A stretch of 64,000 nt of DNA from Guillardia theta CCMP2712 (Eukaryota; Protista; Cryptophyta). The stretch lies in NCBI RefSeq assembly GCF_000315625.1, contig NW_005434523.1:29725-93724 (forward strand), read 5' to 3'. Each line of letters opens with the position of its first letter. Position 1 is the first letter of the stretch. A model generated the notes under the pieces. The model saw only the letters and a program-made list of their open reading frames with translations, was not told the origin of the DNA and searched no databases. Shown piece by piece: positions 48,387 to 59,646 of the stretch. Both the position numbers and the translations under genes were made by a program.

Positions 48387-49233
48387 TGTCACAACCCGAC
48401 TTTTACTGGTTGCAGACGTCTACAGTGAATGCTCAAAGCACCTCCGCTGGATCGCACACAAAGGTGAAGAGTAGAAATATGAAGTTCATGATAACACCAA
48501 CACACTATCGATTCGTTGCACACACAGCAAGGGAAAGGACAGACCACCTGAGCAGTTGTTCACGATCGTTTTATAGTCGAGGGGAACCACCAGGGGTGGC
48601 GAGGCTCTCGAAGATTCTCGAGTGGACCTTCAAGCGCAGTTCAATAAGAACTCACGTTGGATTTCTCTACTAAGAGGGAAAGCGGTGAAACAGAAGGAGA
48701 TCTAACTCTCTTTTATTTCTTTCACACACACACACAAAACAAGACAAGACGATACACACAAAGACGTCTCAACAATCGTGGCACACACACGAAAGGGGAA
48801 GAGGACCCCCTAGCTCTGACGAGTTTCATCCTTTTATAGCTTCGAGGAATGAGCCAGGGGTGCCGTCTCTTGGCTACAGAAAGGAGGGGTGTCCTGTTCT
48901 TGGAAGTTGACAAGCATCCCTTCTGACCTTCGAGAGGATACCATGCTCTCTCGCAGGGAAGAGAACCCCGTCCTTGCATGGCAGCAAGCTGCTTCCAACG
49001 GGTCGTACTGCACAAGACGCACCCCTTCTGTTTACCTTGTAAGTCCCCCACGGGTACACGGTTGCTGCAACAAAGGCCTCCACAGGGGTCCTTTCAGCAG
49101 CTTCACACTGGAGTAGAGTATCCTGGGTCATCCAGGAGAAGTCAGCTTCGAACACGAGTACGAGACAGCCAACTGTCCTTTCATCCTGATAGGCCTTTGT
49201 CTGACTCGGGCTCGGTTCCTATGAGCTCTGACA
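48387..49233 (-). mobile_element. Putative complete LTR on the minus strand (TGTCA...TGACA, 847 bp)
   Basis: 5-bp inverted termini. On the minus strand it is preceded by a purine-rich tract and the pol 3' end, contains TATAAAA and AATAAA, and is followed by CAATT-TGGTAGCG, which resembles a primer-binding site (PBS). Confidence 0.65.
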
Positions 49234-49380
49234 CGCTCTTCTCTGCGCTTTCTTGGAGTGCTCAGGACTCAGAAAACTTCGCTTTCTCAGCTTGTCAAAT
49301 CTGTTTTTCCTCTGACACGCTCCAGGCGCAGCACGTAAAATTCCTAATTGAGAGGCGCACGACGCTGCCGCTGCCGCTGT
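48607..49380 (-). repeat. Left arm of the ~775-bp inverted repeat flanking pol
   Basis: Near-perfect reverse complement of 53183-53958 (ORF pairs 48722/53514 and 48874/53410). Confidence 0.95.
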
Positions 49381-49382
49381 AG

Positions 49383-52300
49383 ATTGCTGCTCGCTCGAAG
49401 ACGCCTAAGCGCCGTCCTCAGGTGCATTTTGCTGAAGAACTGGAAGATGAAGTGCCTCTGGACGGTGACGCTCTCGAGGTACACTTGCATCCGATTGCAC
49501 TCCACTCCCTTGGCTCTCAGGAGCACGGGGCGTCTTCAGGATCGCTTCTATATCTGCCCATTGTACCACTCACCTCTCCGGTGCCAGCTGCTACTTCCGA
49601 GATCCTGGCTTTGCTTGACTCGGGTGCTGAGATCAGTGTGATCTCGCGTCAGGTTGCGCGACAGCTCCAATTGACCACACAGCGAATTCCCGCCACGCTT
49701 ACCGCTCAGTTCGCTCATGGCGACGCCCAGGTCGTGCTTCGTGAAACCTGCCTCCTGCCGTTTCGCATTGCAGGCACCAATGTTGAAACGCAAGAAACGT
49801 TCTTCATTTTGGACTCTCCAGCGTCACTGCCGGCGATTTTGTCCCAACCGTTCATTGCCAAGATGAAAATGAATATCGACTTTCATTCCAAGCTCGTTAC
49901 TATTCCAGCGCAGGATGGTACTGCGGGGCGTCAACGCCTTCCGCTCGCATTTCACATCCCTGGTCCTGGCTCCGCGGCTATGCGGCAAGCCCAGTGTTTG
50001 ATTTTTCCCTGGCATGCGGACTGGAACACGCTTCAGCCTCCTCCACCTGAGGATATGATGCCCTGGGTCATGGCGACCGTGTCCTCGCCTGTTTCTACCA
50101 GTTCATTGGTCTCTCAGGTCGCCTCGTCGGCCTCGCCGCTCGCAGCTCCGGCCTTGCAGGAGCTACTCGAGGATTTTTCCGATGTTCTGGTGGACGAACT
50201 ACCAATCCAGCCACCTGTCTCGCGGGGGCAGTATGACGTTGTCCTTCGGGTTCCTGATGACGTTCGTCCAATTCGTCGTCGTCCCTACCGACTTCCGGCG
50301 ACGCTCCAGGAGGAGCTCGCTAAAACGATCGACTTCTTGTTGGCACGCGGCATCATCGAGCGGAACAATGATGTCATGTGGCAGAGTCCCGTCATCTTTG
50401 TTCGCAAAGGTCTTTCCTCTGAAGGAGTCCCTCAATTTCGTTTTTGTATTGATTATCGAGGAGTCAACAATCACCTCCTCGACGACAGTTTTCCGCCTCC
50501 CGTCCCTACCGAGCTCATGGAACGTATCGGGCGCGTGCTCTCGCAGCGTACTGTGTCCAGTACGGATACCCTCTACTTCAGCAAGCTGGATATGGCCTCA
50601 GGATTCTGGCAGCTAGCTCTCACTCCTGACAGCTCTCAATATACTGGGTTTGTTACTGAACAAGGATCCTACCAATTCCGCGCTCTGCCCTTTGGTCTGA
50701 AAACGGCCACAGCTGCCTTCCAGAAGTTCTCACAGGGCATCCTCGCAGGTATGAACAACGTCTTAGTCTACGTCGATGATCTCTTAATCTTTTCCATGGG
50801 TAATCCTCGTTCACACCTACAGCAGGTGCGTCTCCTACTGGAGCGCCTCCGCCACCACCAGGTCTTCGTTAAACGGAGCAAGTGTGTGTTTCTTCAGACG
50901 CAGATCAGTTTTCTCGGATATACTTTGAATGCGCATGGGATTGCACCCGAGGCTAGCAAAGTTGCTGCCATCGAAGATTTTCCGCCTCCTGCATCTGTGA
51001 AACAACTTCGCCAATTTTTAGGCCTCGCCAATTTTTATCGGCGTTTCATCAAGAATTTTGCCAACTATGCTGCACCTCTCTCAGATCTGCTGAAAACCAG
51101 TCAACGTCGCTTCGTGTGGACTCGGTCTGCTGAGACTGCTTTTGCCGCGCTCAAGACAGCTCTTACGCAGGCTCCAGTCTTGGCTCACTTCCGTTCTGAT
51201 CGGCTGACCATCCTGTACACAGACGCTAGCGACCTGGCCATTGGAGCCGCGCTTCATCAGATCGATGAAAACAACGAGGAACATCCCGTTGCATTTTATG
51301 GCAAGAAACTCTCCTCCGCCGAACGCAATTACTCCACCTATGAGCGTGAGCTTCTTGCTCTCAAGGAAAGTCTCCGTCATTTTTCCTACTACTTGATTGG
51401 TCGTCGCTTTCGTGTATGTACCGATCACCACAGCTTGATCAGATTGAACACCCAGTCTGAACTCTCTCCCCGCCTGGCTCGTTGGTTGTCTACCTTCCTT
51501 CAGTACGACATGGAGATCCACCACATCCCTGGCGAAACTAACGTCGTTGCTGATGCCCTCAGTCGGATCTCAGGCGACTCGCCTGCTCCATCGTTCGCTC
51601 CCCAATCACCCGCTGATCTGACTCAGGCTCATGATCGCGCTATGCGCGCTGAAGACATTGCTCGGGATCTTCTTGTTGGTCTTCATACCGTTCAGATGCT
51701 TACGGATTCCTCGTTCGTCTCCCAACTGATGCAAAACTACTCCACCTGTCCTGACTTTCAGGTTTTATACCAACTGGGCAAAGACGGCGAATTGCTCGGC
51801 CAACCGGGTTGTCGTCATTTTGAATTTTCGGATGACTTGCTCTACTATGTTGATTCTACCGGCAGGACGAGGATCTGTGTTCCTACCGCTATCCGCGCGG
51901 CTGTACTACGCCTTGCACACGATGATGCCGGACATGTTGGTTCTGACAAGACCTACCTCTCACTTGTTGCCAAAGTCTACTGGAATAACATGAAGCGTGA
52001 TGTCGAAAATTACGTGCATTCCTGCCTCATTTGCCAGGCTGCGAAGAACTACAAACAGAAACCCATCGGTTTGCCCAAGAGTCATGACGTTCCTGCTGAC
52101 AAATTTGACGTCATCTCCGTCGATCTCCTCAGCGGACTTCCGACTACCTCCCAAGGTCATGATTCTCTCTTCGTCATGTTGGACTCGTTCTCGCAACATG
52201 TCACGCTGGCTCCAACTCACAAGTCTGCTACGACCCAGGAACTTGTGGATTTATTTCTCCAATACTTCTATCGCACTCGTGGTCTTCCTGCTGCAATCCT

Positions 52301-53219
52301 TTCGGATAATGGGCCAAATGTCTCCTCGCATTTTTGGGATACAGTATTTCAGACGCTAGGTGTTCAGGTACGCCACTCTTCCAAGTACTATCCCCAGGCC
52401 AATGGTCGCGTTGAACGGATCAATGCCACCATTCTGGATATGCTCCGCACTAAACTCGCTCAGGGTTCATCTGAATGGACAGTCCATCTTCCATTCATTG
52501 AGTTTGCCCTCAATCATGCCCCCCGTCGTGAAACAGGGTTATCTGCCTTTCAAGTGGAATACGGCAAGAATCCGCGCTCAGTTATGGATTTGACCCTTGA
52601 TCAGGTTCTTCCTCAAGCCCGCACGACTGTCGACAACATACGTGCAGGTGAAAACCTTGTGCGAGATACCTTGGCCTCCATCGCCAATCGAGCAGAGACG
52701 CGTCTACTTCCTTCTCGCCGCCCGCTTCGATGGCAAGTTGGTGATTTGGTCTGGATCGACGCGCGTTTATTCAATCAGCAGTTTGAAATTCGCAAATTTC
52801 GAGATCGATACATTGGTCCTTTCCCTATCACCGAGGTTTGCAACAACAACAATTATCGAGTTGATGTTCGCCAGCGTTTCCCTCGCATGGATCAAGATGT
52901 TTTTAATGCCAAGTTCCTACGCCCCCATGTGCGCAGGAAAGATCATTTGCAGCAGCCTGTGGTTTCCCAACCTGTACCTGGATTCTACGAAGTGGCTCGC
53001 ATCATCAATCATCGTCAACGTAATGGTGCGAAGCAATATCTGGTTCGTTGGAAGGGATTTTCCTCCGCCGACGACACTTGGGAACCTGTTGCCCATCTCT
53101 CGCGTACACCGGCGCTCCGTCAGTTGCTTCAGCAATATGAACAGCATCGCACGCGTCAAGATGCTTCTGCTTCTTCTCATGGACAGCGGCAGCGGCAGCG
53201 TCGTGCGCCTCTCAATTAG
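49383..53219 (+). CDS. pol: Uninterrupted Ty3/gypsy chromovirus Pol (PR-RT-RNase H-integrase-chromodomain), 5'-truncated with no gag
   Basis: Motifs ALLDSGA, FCIDYRGVN, LPFGL, VYVDD, TDAS, RELLAL and TDH. Integrase HxxxxH...CxxC, SDNG and YYPQANGRVERIN; GPF; chromodomain YLVRWKGFSSADDTWEP. There is no ATG before the protease. Confidence 0.95.
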   Translation: MAARSKTPKRRPQVHFAEELEDEVPLDGDALEVHLHPIALHSLGSQEHGASSGSLLYLPIVPLTSPVPAATSEILALLDSGAEISVISRQVARQLQLTTQRIPATLTAQFAHGDAQVVLRETCLLPFRIAGTNVETQETFFILDSPASLPAILSQPFIAKMKMNIDFHSKLVTIPAQDGTAGRQRLPLAFHIPGPGSAAMRQAQCLIFPWHADWNTLQPPPPEDMMPWVMATVSSPVSTSSLVSQVASSASPLAAPALQELLEDFSDVLVDELPIQPPVSRGQYDVVLRVPDDVRPIRRRPYRLPATLQEELAKTIDFLLARGIIERNNDVMWQSPVIFVRKGLSSEGVPQFRFCIDYRGVNNHLLDDSFPPPVPTELMERIGRVLSQRTVSSTDTLYFSKLDMASGFWQLALTPDSSQYTGFVTEQGSYQFRALPFGLKTATAAFQKFSQGILAGMNNVLVYVDDLLIFSMGNPRSHLQQVRLLLERLRHHQVFVKRSKCVFLQTQISFLGYTLNAHGIAPEASKVAAIEDFPPPASVKQLRQFLGLANFYRRFIKNFANYAAPLSDLLKTSQRRFVWTRSAETAFAALKTALTQAPVLAHFRSDRLTILYTDASDLAIGAALHQIDENNEEHPVAFYGKKLSSAERNYSTYERELLALKESLRHFSYYLIGRRFRVCTDHHSLIRLNTQSELSPRLARWLSTFLQYDMEIHHIPGETNVVADALSRISGDSPAPSFAPQSPADLTQAHDRAMRAEDIARDLLVGLHTVQMLTDSSFVSQLMQNYSTCPDFQVLYQLGKDGELLGQPGCRHFEFSDDLLYYVDSTGRTRICVPTAIRAAVLRLAHDDAGHVGSDKTYLSLVAKVYWNNMKRDVENYVHSCLICQAAKNYKQKPIGLPKSHDVPADKFDVISVDLLSGLPTTSQGHDSLFVMLDSFSQHVTLAPTHKSATTQELVDLFLQYFYRTRGLPAAILSDNGPNVSSHFWDTVFQTLGVQVRHSSKYYPQANGRVERINATILDMLRTKLAQGSSEWTVHLPFIEFALNHAPRRETGLSAFQVEYGKNPRSVMDLTLDQVLPQARTTVDNIRAGENLVRDTLASIANRAETRLLPSRRPLRWQVGDLVWIDARLFNQQFEIRKFRDRYIGPFPITEVCNNNNYRVDVRQRFPRMDQDVFNAKFLRPHVRRKDHLQQPVVSQPVPGFYEVARIINHRQRNGAKQYLVRWKGFSSADDTWEPVAHLSRTPALRQLLQQYEQHRTRQDASASSHGQRQRQRRAPLN

Positions 53220-53958
53220 GAATTTTACGTGCTGCGCCTGGAGCGTGTCAGAGAAAAAAAACAGATTTGACAAGCTGAGAAAGCGAAGTTTTCTGAGTCC
53301 TGAGCACTCCAAGAAAGCGCAGAGAAGAGCGTGTCAGAGCTCATAGGAACCGAGCCCGAGTCAGACAAAGGCTTATCAGGATGAAAGGACAGTTGGCTGT
53401 CTCGTACTCGTGTTCGAAGCTGACTTCTCCTGGATGACCCAGGATATTCTACTCCAGTGTGAAGCTGCTGAAAGGACCCCTGTGGAGGCCTTTGTTGCAG
53501 CAACCGTGTACCCGTGGGGGACTTACAAGGTAAACAGAAGGGGTGCGTCTTGTGCAGTACGACCCGTTGGAAGCAGCTTGCTGCCATGCAAGGACGGGGT
53601 TCTCTTCCCTGCGAGAGAGCATGGTATCCTCTCGAAGGTCAGAAGGGATGCTTGTCAACTTCCAAGAACAGGATACCCCTCCTTTCTGTAGCCAAGAGAC
53701 GGCACCCCTGGCTCATTCCTCGAAGCTATAAAAGGATGAAACTCGTCAGAGCTAGGTGGTCCTCTTCCCCTTTCGTGTGTGTGCCACGATTGTTGAGACG
53801 TCTTTGTGTGTATCGTCTTGTCTTGTTTTGTGTATGTGTGTGAAAGAAATAAAAGAGAGTTAGATCTCCTTCTGTTTCACCGCTTTCCCTCTTAGTAGAG
53901 AAATCCAACGTGAGTTCTTATTGAACTGCGCTTGAAGGTCCACTCGAGAATCTTCGAG
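53183..53958 (+). repeat. Right arm of the inverted repeat: pol end, polypurine-tract-like sequence (53311-53331) and partial 3' LTR from 53332
   Basis: AAGAAAGCGCAGAGAAGAGCG is followed by TGTCAGAG, with TATAAAA at ~53727 and AATAAA at ~53848. It diverges from the left copy after 53958. Confidence 0.85.
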
Positions 53959-55092
53959 GTGCACGAGCGAGCATCCCTTGTGCGTCCGCTTAGATCTGCT
54001 GCCTGCTCCTCCTCGAGGTTCATCCGATCGTACAGTACAGGAGATACCACCCGTACTTGGCACACTCTGTCGCCCAACAGGGGTTGTACATCAGAGGTCC
54101 AGTAGCCGTCAGAGCCCTTGCTGCCCTCGTGGCTGTAAGAGAAGAACAAAGCTCCTCGAGTCTTGCTGCCCACTCCTGCTCAATAAGATTCCTTCCTGCG
54201 GAGGCTTGAATCGCCTTCACAGAGTTCTTATAAGGTCGATGTTGGAGCTGGCGAGCCTACGAAAAACCAAAAGAGCCTCGGAGGGAAGAGGGAGAGACAG
54301 ATAAGTTTGCCAGTTGCAAGATGGAGAGCGATGAAAGCTGATCCCGGGACTTTGAATAGCGTGAACGAGAGATATTCAGATGAGACATGAGATTGCACAT
54401 GTAAAGGCATCGAAACAGCGCACTGAGGCTGCGGCGGCATGAAGTTCAACTGCCAAGGAAAGAGTTTCTCGGTGCTTCTTCTCGAATGTGCCTGTAGGTG
54501 TAGACTGTCAAGCCACTTCCGTATCTCTTAGGCTCAGTGCCCGGCCCGGCCGCCCAGCACTGCCCGGCCGCAAGCGGCCCGGCCGCCGGGTACTTACAGT
54601 CTCGTACTGATTTTTAACTTAACTTTGAGTAAAGACAGTGTAAGATTCTCAGTAGTGCGGACTACCGGTCAGCGCGATCACGTGGCGGCCGGACCCGGCG
54701 GCGCAGGGAGGCGCAGTGACTACCAGTTTTTTTTTCCCTATACTCCCGATCCGACGCGATCTCAAGAACTCTTGACGGTCATGTCTACGGCAGCGGGTAC
54801 ATTATACTCCGGCTGGTGCCGAACCGTGCCATCTCGGCACTTCGTTGGATTCCGGGGGGCAGGGGGGGGTACTCGACGAAACGGTGTGAGATCATTCGGC
54901 AATAAGCGTAAAAGTAGTTTTAGATATAACTATAAGTCCTCCCGCACCTCCCCCCCCTCTTCATCCGACCACAAGCGTTTCCTCCTGTCCACTCCTTCTC
55001 CGTCCATCCAAGCCATCAATCCCCTTCAACAGCAGATCAAGCCCCCTCATCACTCTCCTCGCCCCTTGCAACCTTGTTGAAGACTTTCCATC

Positions 55093-56103
55093 ATGGTTCG
55101 GCCCTCTGCCTCCCCCGCCTCCAAGGCCGTCGCCCTCGCCTTCGCCCAAGCGGTATGCCCCTCTCCTCCTCTGCTCCTCTGCTCTGCTCTGACACTTGCC
55201 TTCCTTTCCCTTCAGGTCTCCCGAGCCGTCCCTGCCTCTCTCAGCCACCTCTTCATCCCCCGCAAGGGCCGCCTCTCCATGTACGACGCCCTCTGCGAAT
55301 GCATCCCGCCTGCCGTCCGCTCGCAAAGCCAAGTCGTGGGAGGGTACGGGGTGAGGGAGGTGGAGTTCAACAAGGTCCTCGAGCACAACGGCTTCACCAA
55401 GATCCGCGACCGCTGCATCCTCCCCTACGAGGTGGAGGCGACGGACTTCTCGAGGAGCAGCAGCGCGCGCTACTTCTTCTCCAACCGCCGCTGGAGGAAC
55501 CCCGACGACCCCCACGAGCTCCAGGAGCTCCGGCAGGCCTGGCTCAAGCTCCGCCAGCTCGCGTGCAGGCTCGGGGCGGACGTGAGCCTGGAGGCGCTGG
55601 AGCAGTGCTGCCGGGAGAGGTACGGGGCGTGGGCGGAGATGACGGTGAACTGGAGCAAGGCGCCGCGTCGGGTGTACCGGAAGAAGCGCAGCAACAAGAG
55701 GCAGGCCCCAGCCGCTACTAAGCCAGCAGACTCTGACAACCTCAGCTCGTTCCTGCGTTATGCGACAACTTGCTCGCCGACGTGCTCGTCTCTGTCGGGG
55801 GACAGCGAGACCGACGACCCGGCTGGACGTCAGTCGTGGGAAGCTGGCAGGGAGCTGCAGGAGAGCTCCGACAAACTTGAAGGCAGTTGTAGCTTGGGGG
55901 AAGGAGAGGAGCCGAGCTTTGAGCACGATAGCGCAGACTCAGGATGGCTCGAAGCCGACTCGCCGCTAGTTCCCGATGCAGCCCCAGAGGTGCTTCAAGG
56001 GTTCGCAAGCTTTCAGAGCTCACTGGGGGCAGGAGAAGCAGATATTGATGTATGTTTGTGGGATGGCTATAGTCTTAGCTTATCCGAGAATCATTGGCAA
56101 TGA
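55093..56103 (+). CDS. Expanded family copy 10
   Basis: Conserved intron (here in frame) and an intact domain. The PPAVRS segment and the start of the tail resemble copy 1; the distal tail is unique. Confidence 0.85.
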   Translation: MVRPSASPASKAVALAFAQAVCPSPPLLLCSALTLAFLSLQVSRAVPASLSHLFIPRKGRLSMYDALCECIPPAVRSQSQVVGGYGVREVEFNKVLEHNGFTKIRDRCILPYEVEATDFSRSSSARYFFSNRRWRNPDDPHELQELRQAWLKLRQLACRLGADVSLEALEQCCRERYGAWAEMTVNWSKAPRRVYRKKRSNKRQAPAATKPADSDNLSSFLRYATTCSPTCSSLSGDSETDDPAGRQSWEAGRELQESSDKLEGSCSLGEGEEPSFEHDSADSGWLEADSPLVPDAAPEVLQGFASFQSSLGAGEADIDVCLWDGYSLSLSENHWQ

Positions 56104-57735
56104 TGCAGCTCAAGTTAATTCCGGATCCGACGGCACAGTGATGGCCCGGACATTGAAAGTTCGGCAGAGTCCCGGAACCGTTGGACCGTGACCGTACAGT
56201 ACTCTTTAAGTTCACTGCCCGCCTGTGACTTAGTCACAAAGTGAATTTAGTGATGGGCACCAGAGATTAGCGAGTGTTTGGCACTGTGCGTAAGTTCTAG
56301 TATGCTGACTTGGATCAGCTGATGTCTGTCATCATTTAGTTTGGCTCTGTATTAATACACTGCTAGTCTTACAAACTTGAACTTGACCCTGTGACTTGCA
56401 GTGCCAGTTGACTGTATTCCGTCAGTCGGCTGCGGCTAGGCTCGGCCGCAGTCTGACCGTCAGTCTGACTACGGCACGGTAGCCTGAGTCCGGCCTTCAG
56501 CCTACTAGTAGTCCGGCCGCCGGCCGACCGTCGGAGTCGGGCCCAGTCCGGCTGCAGTAGTCCGGCCGCCGGCCGACTCGGAGTCAGGCCCAGTGAGCTG
56601 CCCCGGTGGCCGAGCCCAGTGAGCTGCACAGTGACTGAGCTGCGCACTGTGCTGCACACTGAACTGCACACTGAAGCTGCACTGAAGTCCGATCGATGGT
56701 TTGAGTGGGGATGAGGTTAATTTTCGATCTAACCGTGGGTTTGGGTGTGAAACTATCTTCACCCCTCTGGTAGCAAACTAGACCCACCCTTGAGGTCAAA
56801 CATGACCTTATTACCCATCAATTAGGCTGAAATTCAAACATAAAAAGGGGGTAATGTATATACCCCTTAATATGTATACCCTACCCTTTGTATTGTATAC
56901 CCACCCTTCTCATATCACACCCCCTGTCACCTAGAGTTCAAATGGAGCGCCCACCTCACCACCTTCTGATTATGGTACGTGGGTGGATGGACCCACCACA
57001 AGAGACCTATACCCTCCTCAAGCAACTATACCTCTTGATGTACCCCAATTTGATCTATAAAGTACCCCTTTATATTAACAATAATGATCAGGGGTAGTGA
57101 ACAGTACCCCCAATGTTCCAAAAAGGACCCGTCCTTTTGATAGAACTTCATTCCTATGACCCCCCCGTCCTTCCTGCTGAGCTACTTTTCTGCCTCCCCC
57201 CCCTCCTGCCCACTGCCCTTGTCGCAGAAACTCCTGCTCCTCCTCCCTTCCGCCCTCCCTCCCTCCACATGCCTCCCTCTGCCACATTCATCGTCGATCT
57301 CCTGCACTGCTTGCTCCTGTCTCGTGCTGCACTCCTTTCCCTGTGACTTGCCCTCTGCCGATTGTTTCCGCAGCCTGTATTCGCACCTCTCCTACCGCCA
57401 AACTCCTGCTTCTCCCACCCTCAGATATCCTCCTTCTCTCAACATCTTCCTCCTACATACTCCTATCATTCAGCTCCCTGGTTCTCAAGAGCTCATCGTT
57501 CCAGCTGCTTCCGTTGTCATCGCCTGCTCTCCCTCCCTCCTTCCCCCTCGCTTCTTCCCCTTCCCTTCCCTCCCCAGATCCTCCTTTCCCGCTAACATCA
57601 ACCTCCTGCTCTGCAGTTGACTGCACCCTCCTTGACAAGATCAACGGCTTCGCCTGCCATATGCGTCTCTACATCTGATCCGATCCGACTACTTACGTCT
57701 CTCCGCCGCCTCCGCCTGCCTCTACCTTTTGTAAG

Positions 57736-59598
57736 GTGAAAGACATGGACGGGTTTGTAGACAAGGAATTTCTGTCTCAATTCAAGGATAATCCAAAGAA
57801 GGCGGTCAAAAGGTTGATAGATTCTGGACGTCTGGAGAGAGATCCAGAGACGATTTCGAATCTATTGCTCTATACCGACGGACTGGACGATACAGCAGTA
57901 GGAGATTACATCGGAGATGGGTAGGTCACGAACAACATAGATGAAAGCGCTCGTATCCTTCTGTTCCACTTGTTGTTGGTTGATTCACCACTGTTGTGAA
58001 CGACTTCATCCGTTCTTCCGAGCTTGTTTCATCATGACTGTGTCCTACAGTGACGAGCTCTGCGGGAAAGTACTTCACCACTACGTCGGAACTTTCAACT
58101 TCACAGGGCTCGGCTTCGACGATGCCCTCCGAAAGTTCCTCTCCGCTTTCCGTCTGCCAGGTAGGTCGACGCTGCTCAAACTCCATGCTGATCAAGGGTT
58201 GGCAGGAGAAGCGCAGAAGATTGAGAGAATCATGGACGCGTTTGCTGCTCAGTTCCATAGGAACAACCCTCGTGCTTTCCGCCATCCTGACACTGCGTTC
58301 AAGCTAGCATACTCGGTCATCATGCTTAACACAGATGCGCACAACCCGGCGATCAAGCAGAGCAGGAAGATGACGAAGGAGCAGTTTGTGAGGAACAACA
58401 GGGGGTTGGACGATGGGCATGACCTCCCCCAGGAGTTTCTTGAGATCATTCACGATCGGTACGTTGTGTCTCGTGATTTTGAATGTCATCTTGTGCAGAT
58501 CGTCGTCTTGATTATTTATCTTGGTCTGAGTCTTTTGCGTCTCATCATGATGGTGTTTACTCTTCTCTATCCCCATCACGGTTTTGATTCTTTTTGTTGA
58601 TCTCCGTTGTTTCCTTTGTTGCTCTCCTCACCCGAATCTTTTTATCAACATCTTACTTTATCTTCAATTTCATCCTTTCCTTGTCTTCACCTTCACCTTC
58701 ACCTTCACCTTCACCTTCACCTTCACCTTCACCACCTTCATTTTCACCTCCATCTTCATCTTCATTTTGCTGGTTACCTTGGAATGGACTTCTTCTATCC
58801 TTCTATCTTTCTGTTCATTTAATCTTCATCACCTCGTCGTCATCTTTTCTCTACTCTACGTCTGCACGAGCTATGTGACCTGTCATTGTGTTTTATTCCA
58901 AATACGAATCAAAGAATCGCATCTCTTATTCCTGCTGCTGCTGCTCCTCCTCCTCCTCCCCCTCCTCCCCACCCTCCTCCTCCTCCTCCTCCCCACCCTC
59001 CTCCTCCTCTTTTTCTTGCTGCTGCACCCACTGCTGCTGCTGCTGCTGCTGCTGCTCTTGTTCCGTGCCCTTGCTGTTTCTGAATTGGACATCACAAGAA
59101 TCGTGGCCAACGAGATTAAGATGCAGCCGTACAAGAACGATGCGGTAAATGTTTACAGCTATATCCCTCTTGTTTGTGCCTCCGATTTCCTTCTCATGAC
59201 TGTCGCACCTTTCGAAGGGAGATAAGAGCATACTGGCATATACAAACCCGCACAAGGCTGGTTGGTTGAAGAAGGAAAGTGGGAGATTCAAGGTGTGTAC
59301 ATGACGACAGTCTGTATTCCATCTTGGTTGGTTGTTAACACGTTTCAACTGCAGAATTGGAAAGAACTCTGGTTCATCCTGAAAGATTCCTGCCTGTATT
59401 ACCTGCGCAAACCTCCTGTCTGGGGAGCCGTGAGTCTTTGGGTGTTGAAAATTCTCATGGGAGCTGATGAACAAATGGAGATGCATGAAAGAGACGAGGA
59501 TGGAGAGTGGAAATGATGATGATGATGAGGATGATGGAGATGATGATGATAATTGAGATGAGGATGAGGATGAGGATGAGGATGATGATGGAGATGGA

Positions 59599-59646
<48 letters not shown>

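Noticed and set aside
48607-53958. DIRS-type retroelement, suggested by the inverted terminal repeats
   Set aside because: The ORF encodes an aspartic protease and a DDE integrase with chromodomain, and no tyrosine recombinase.
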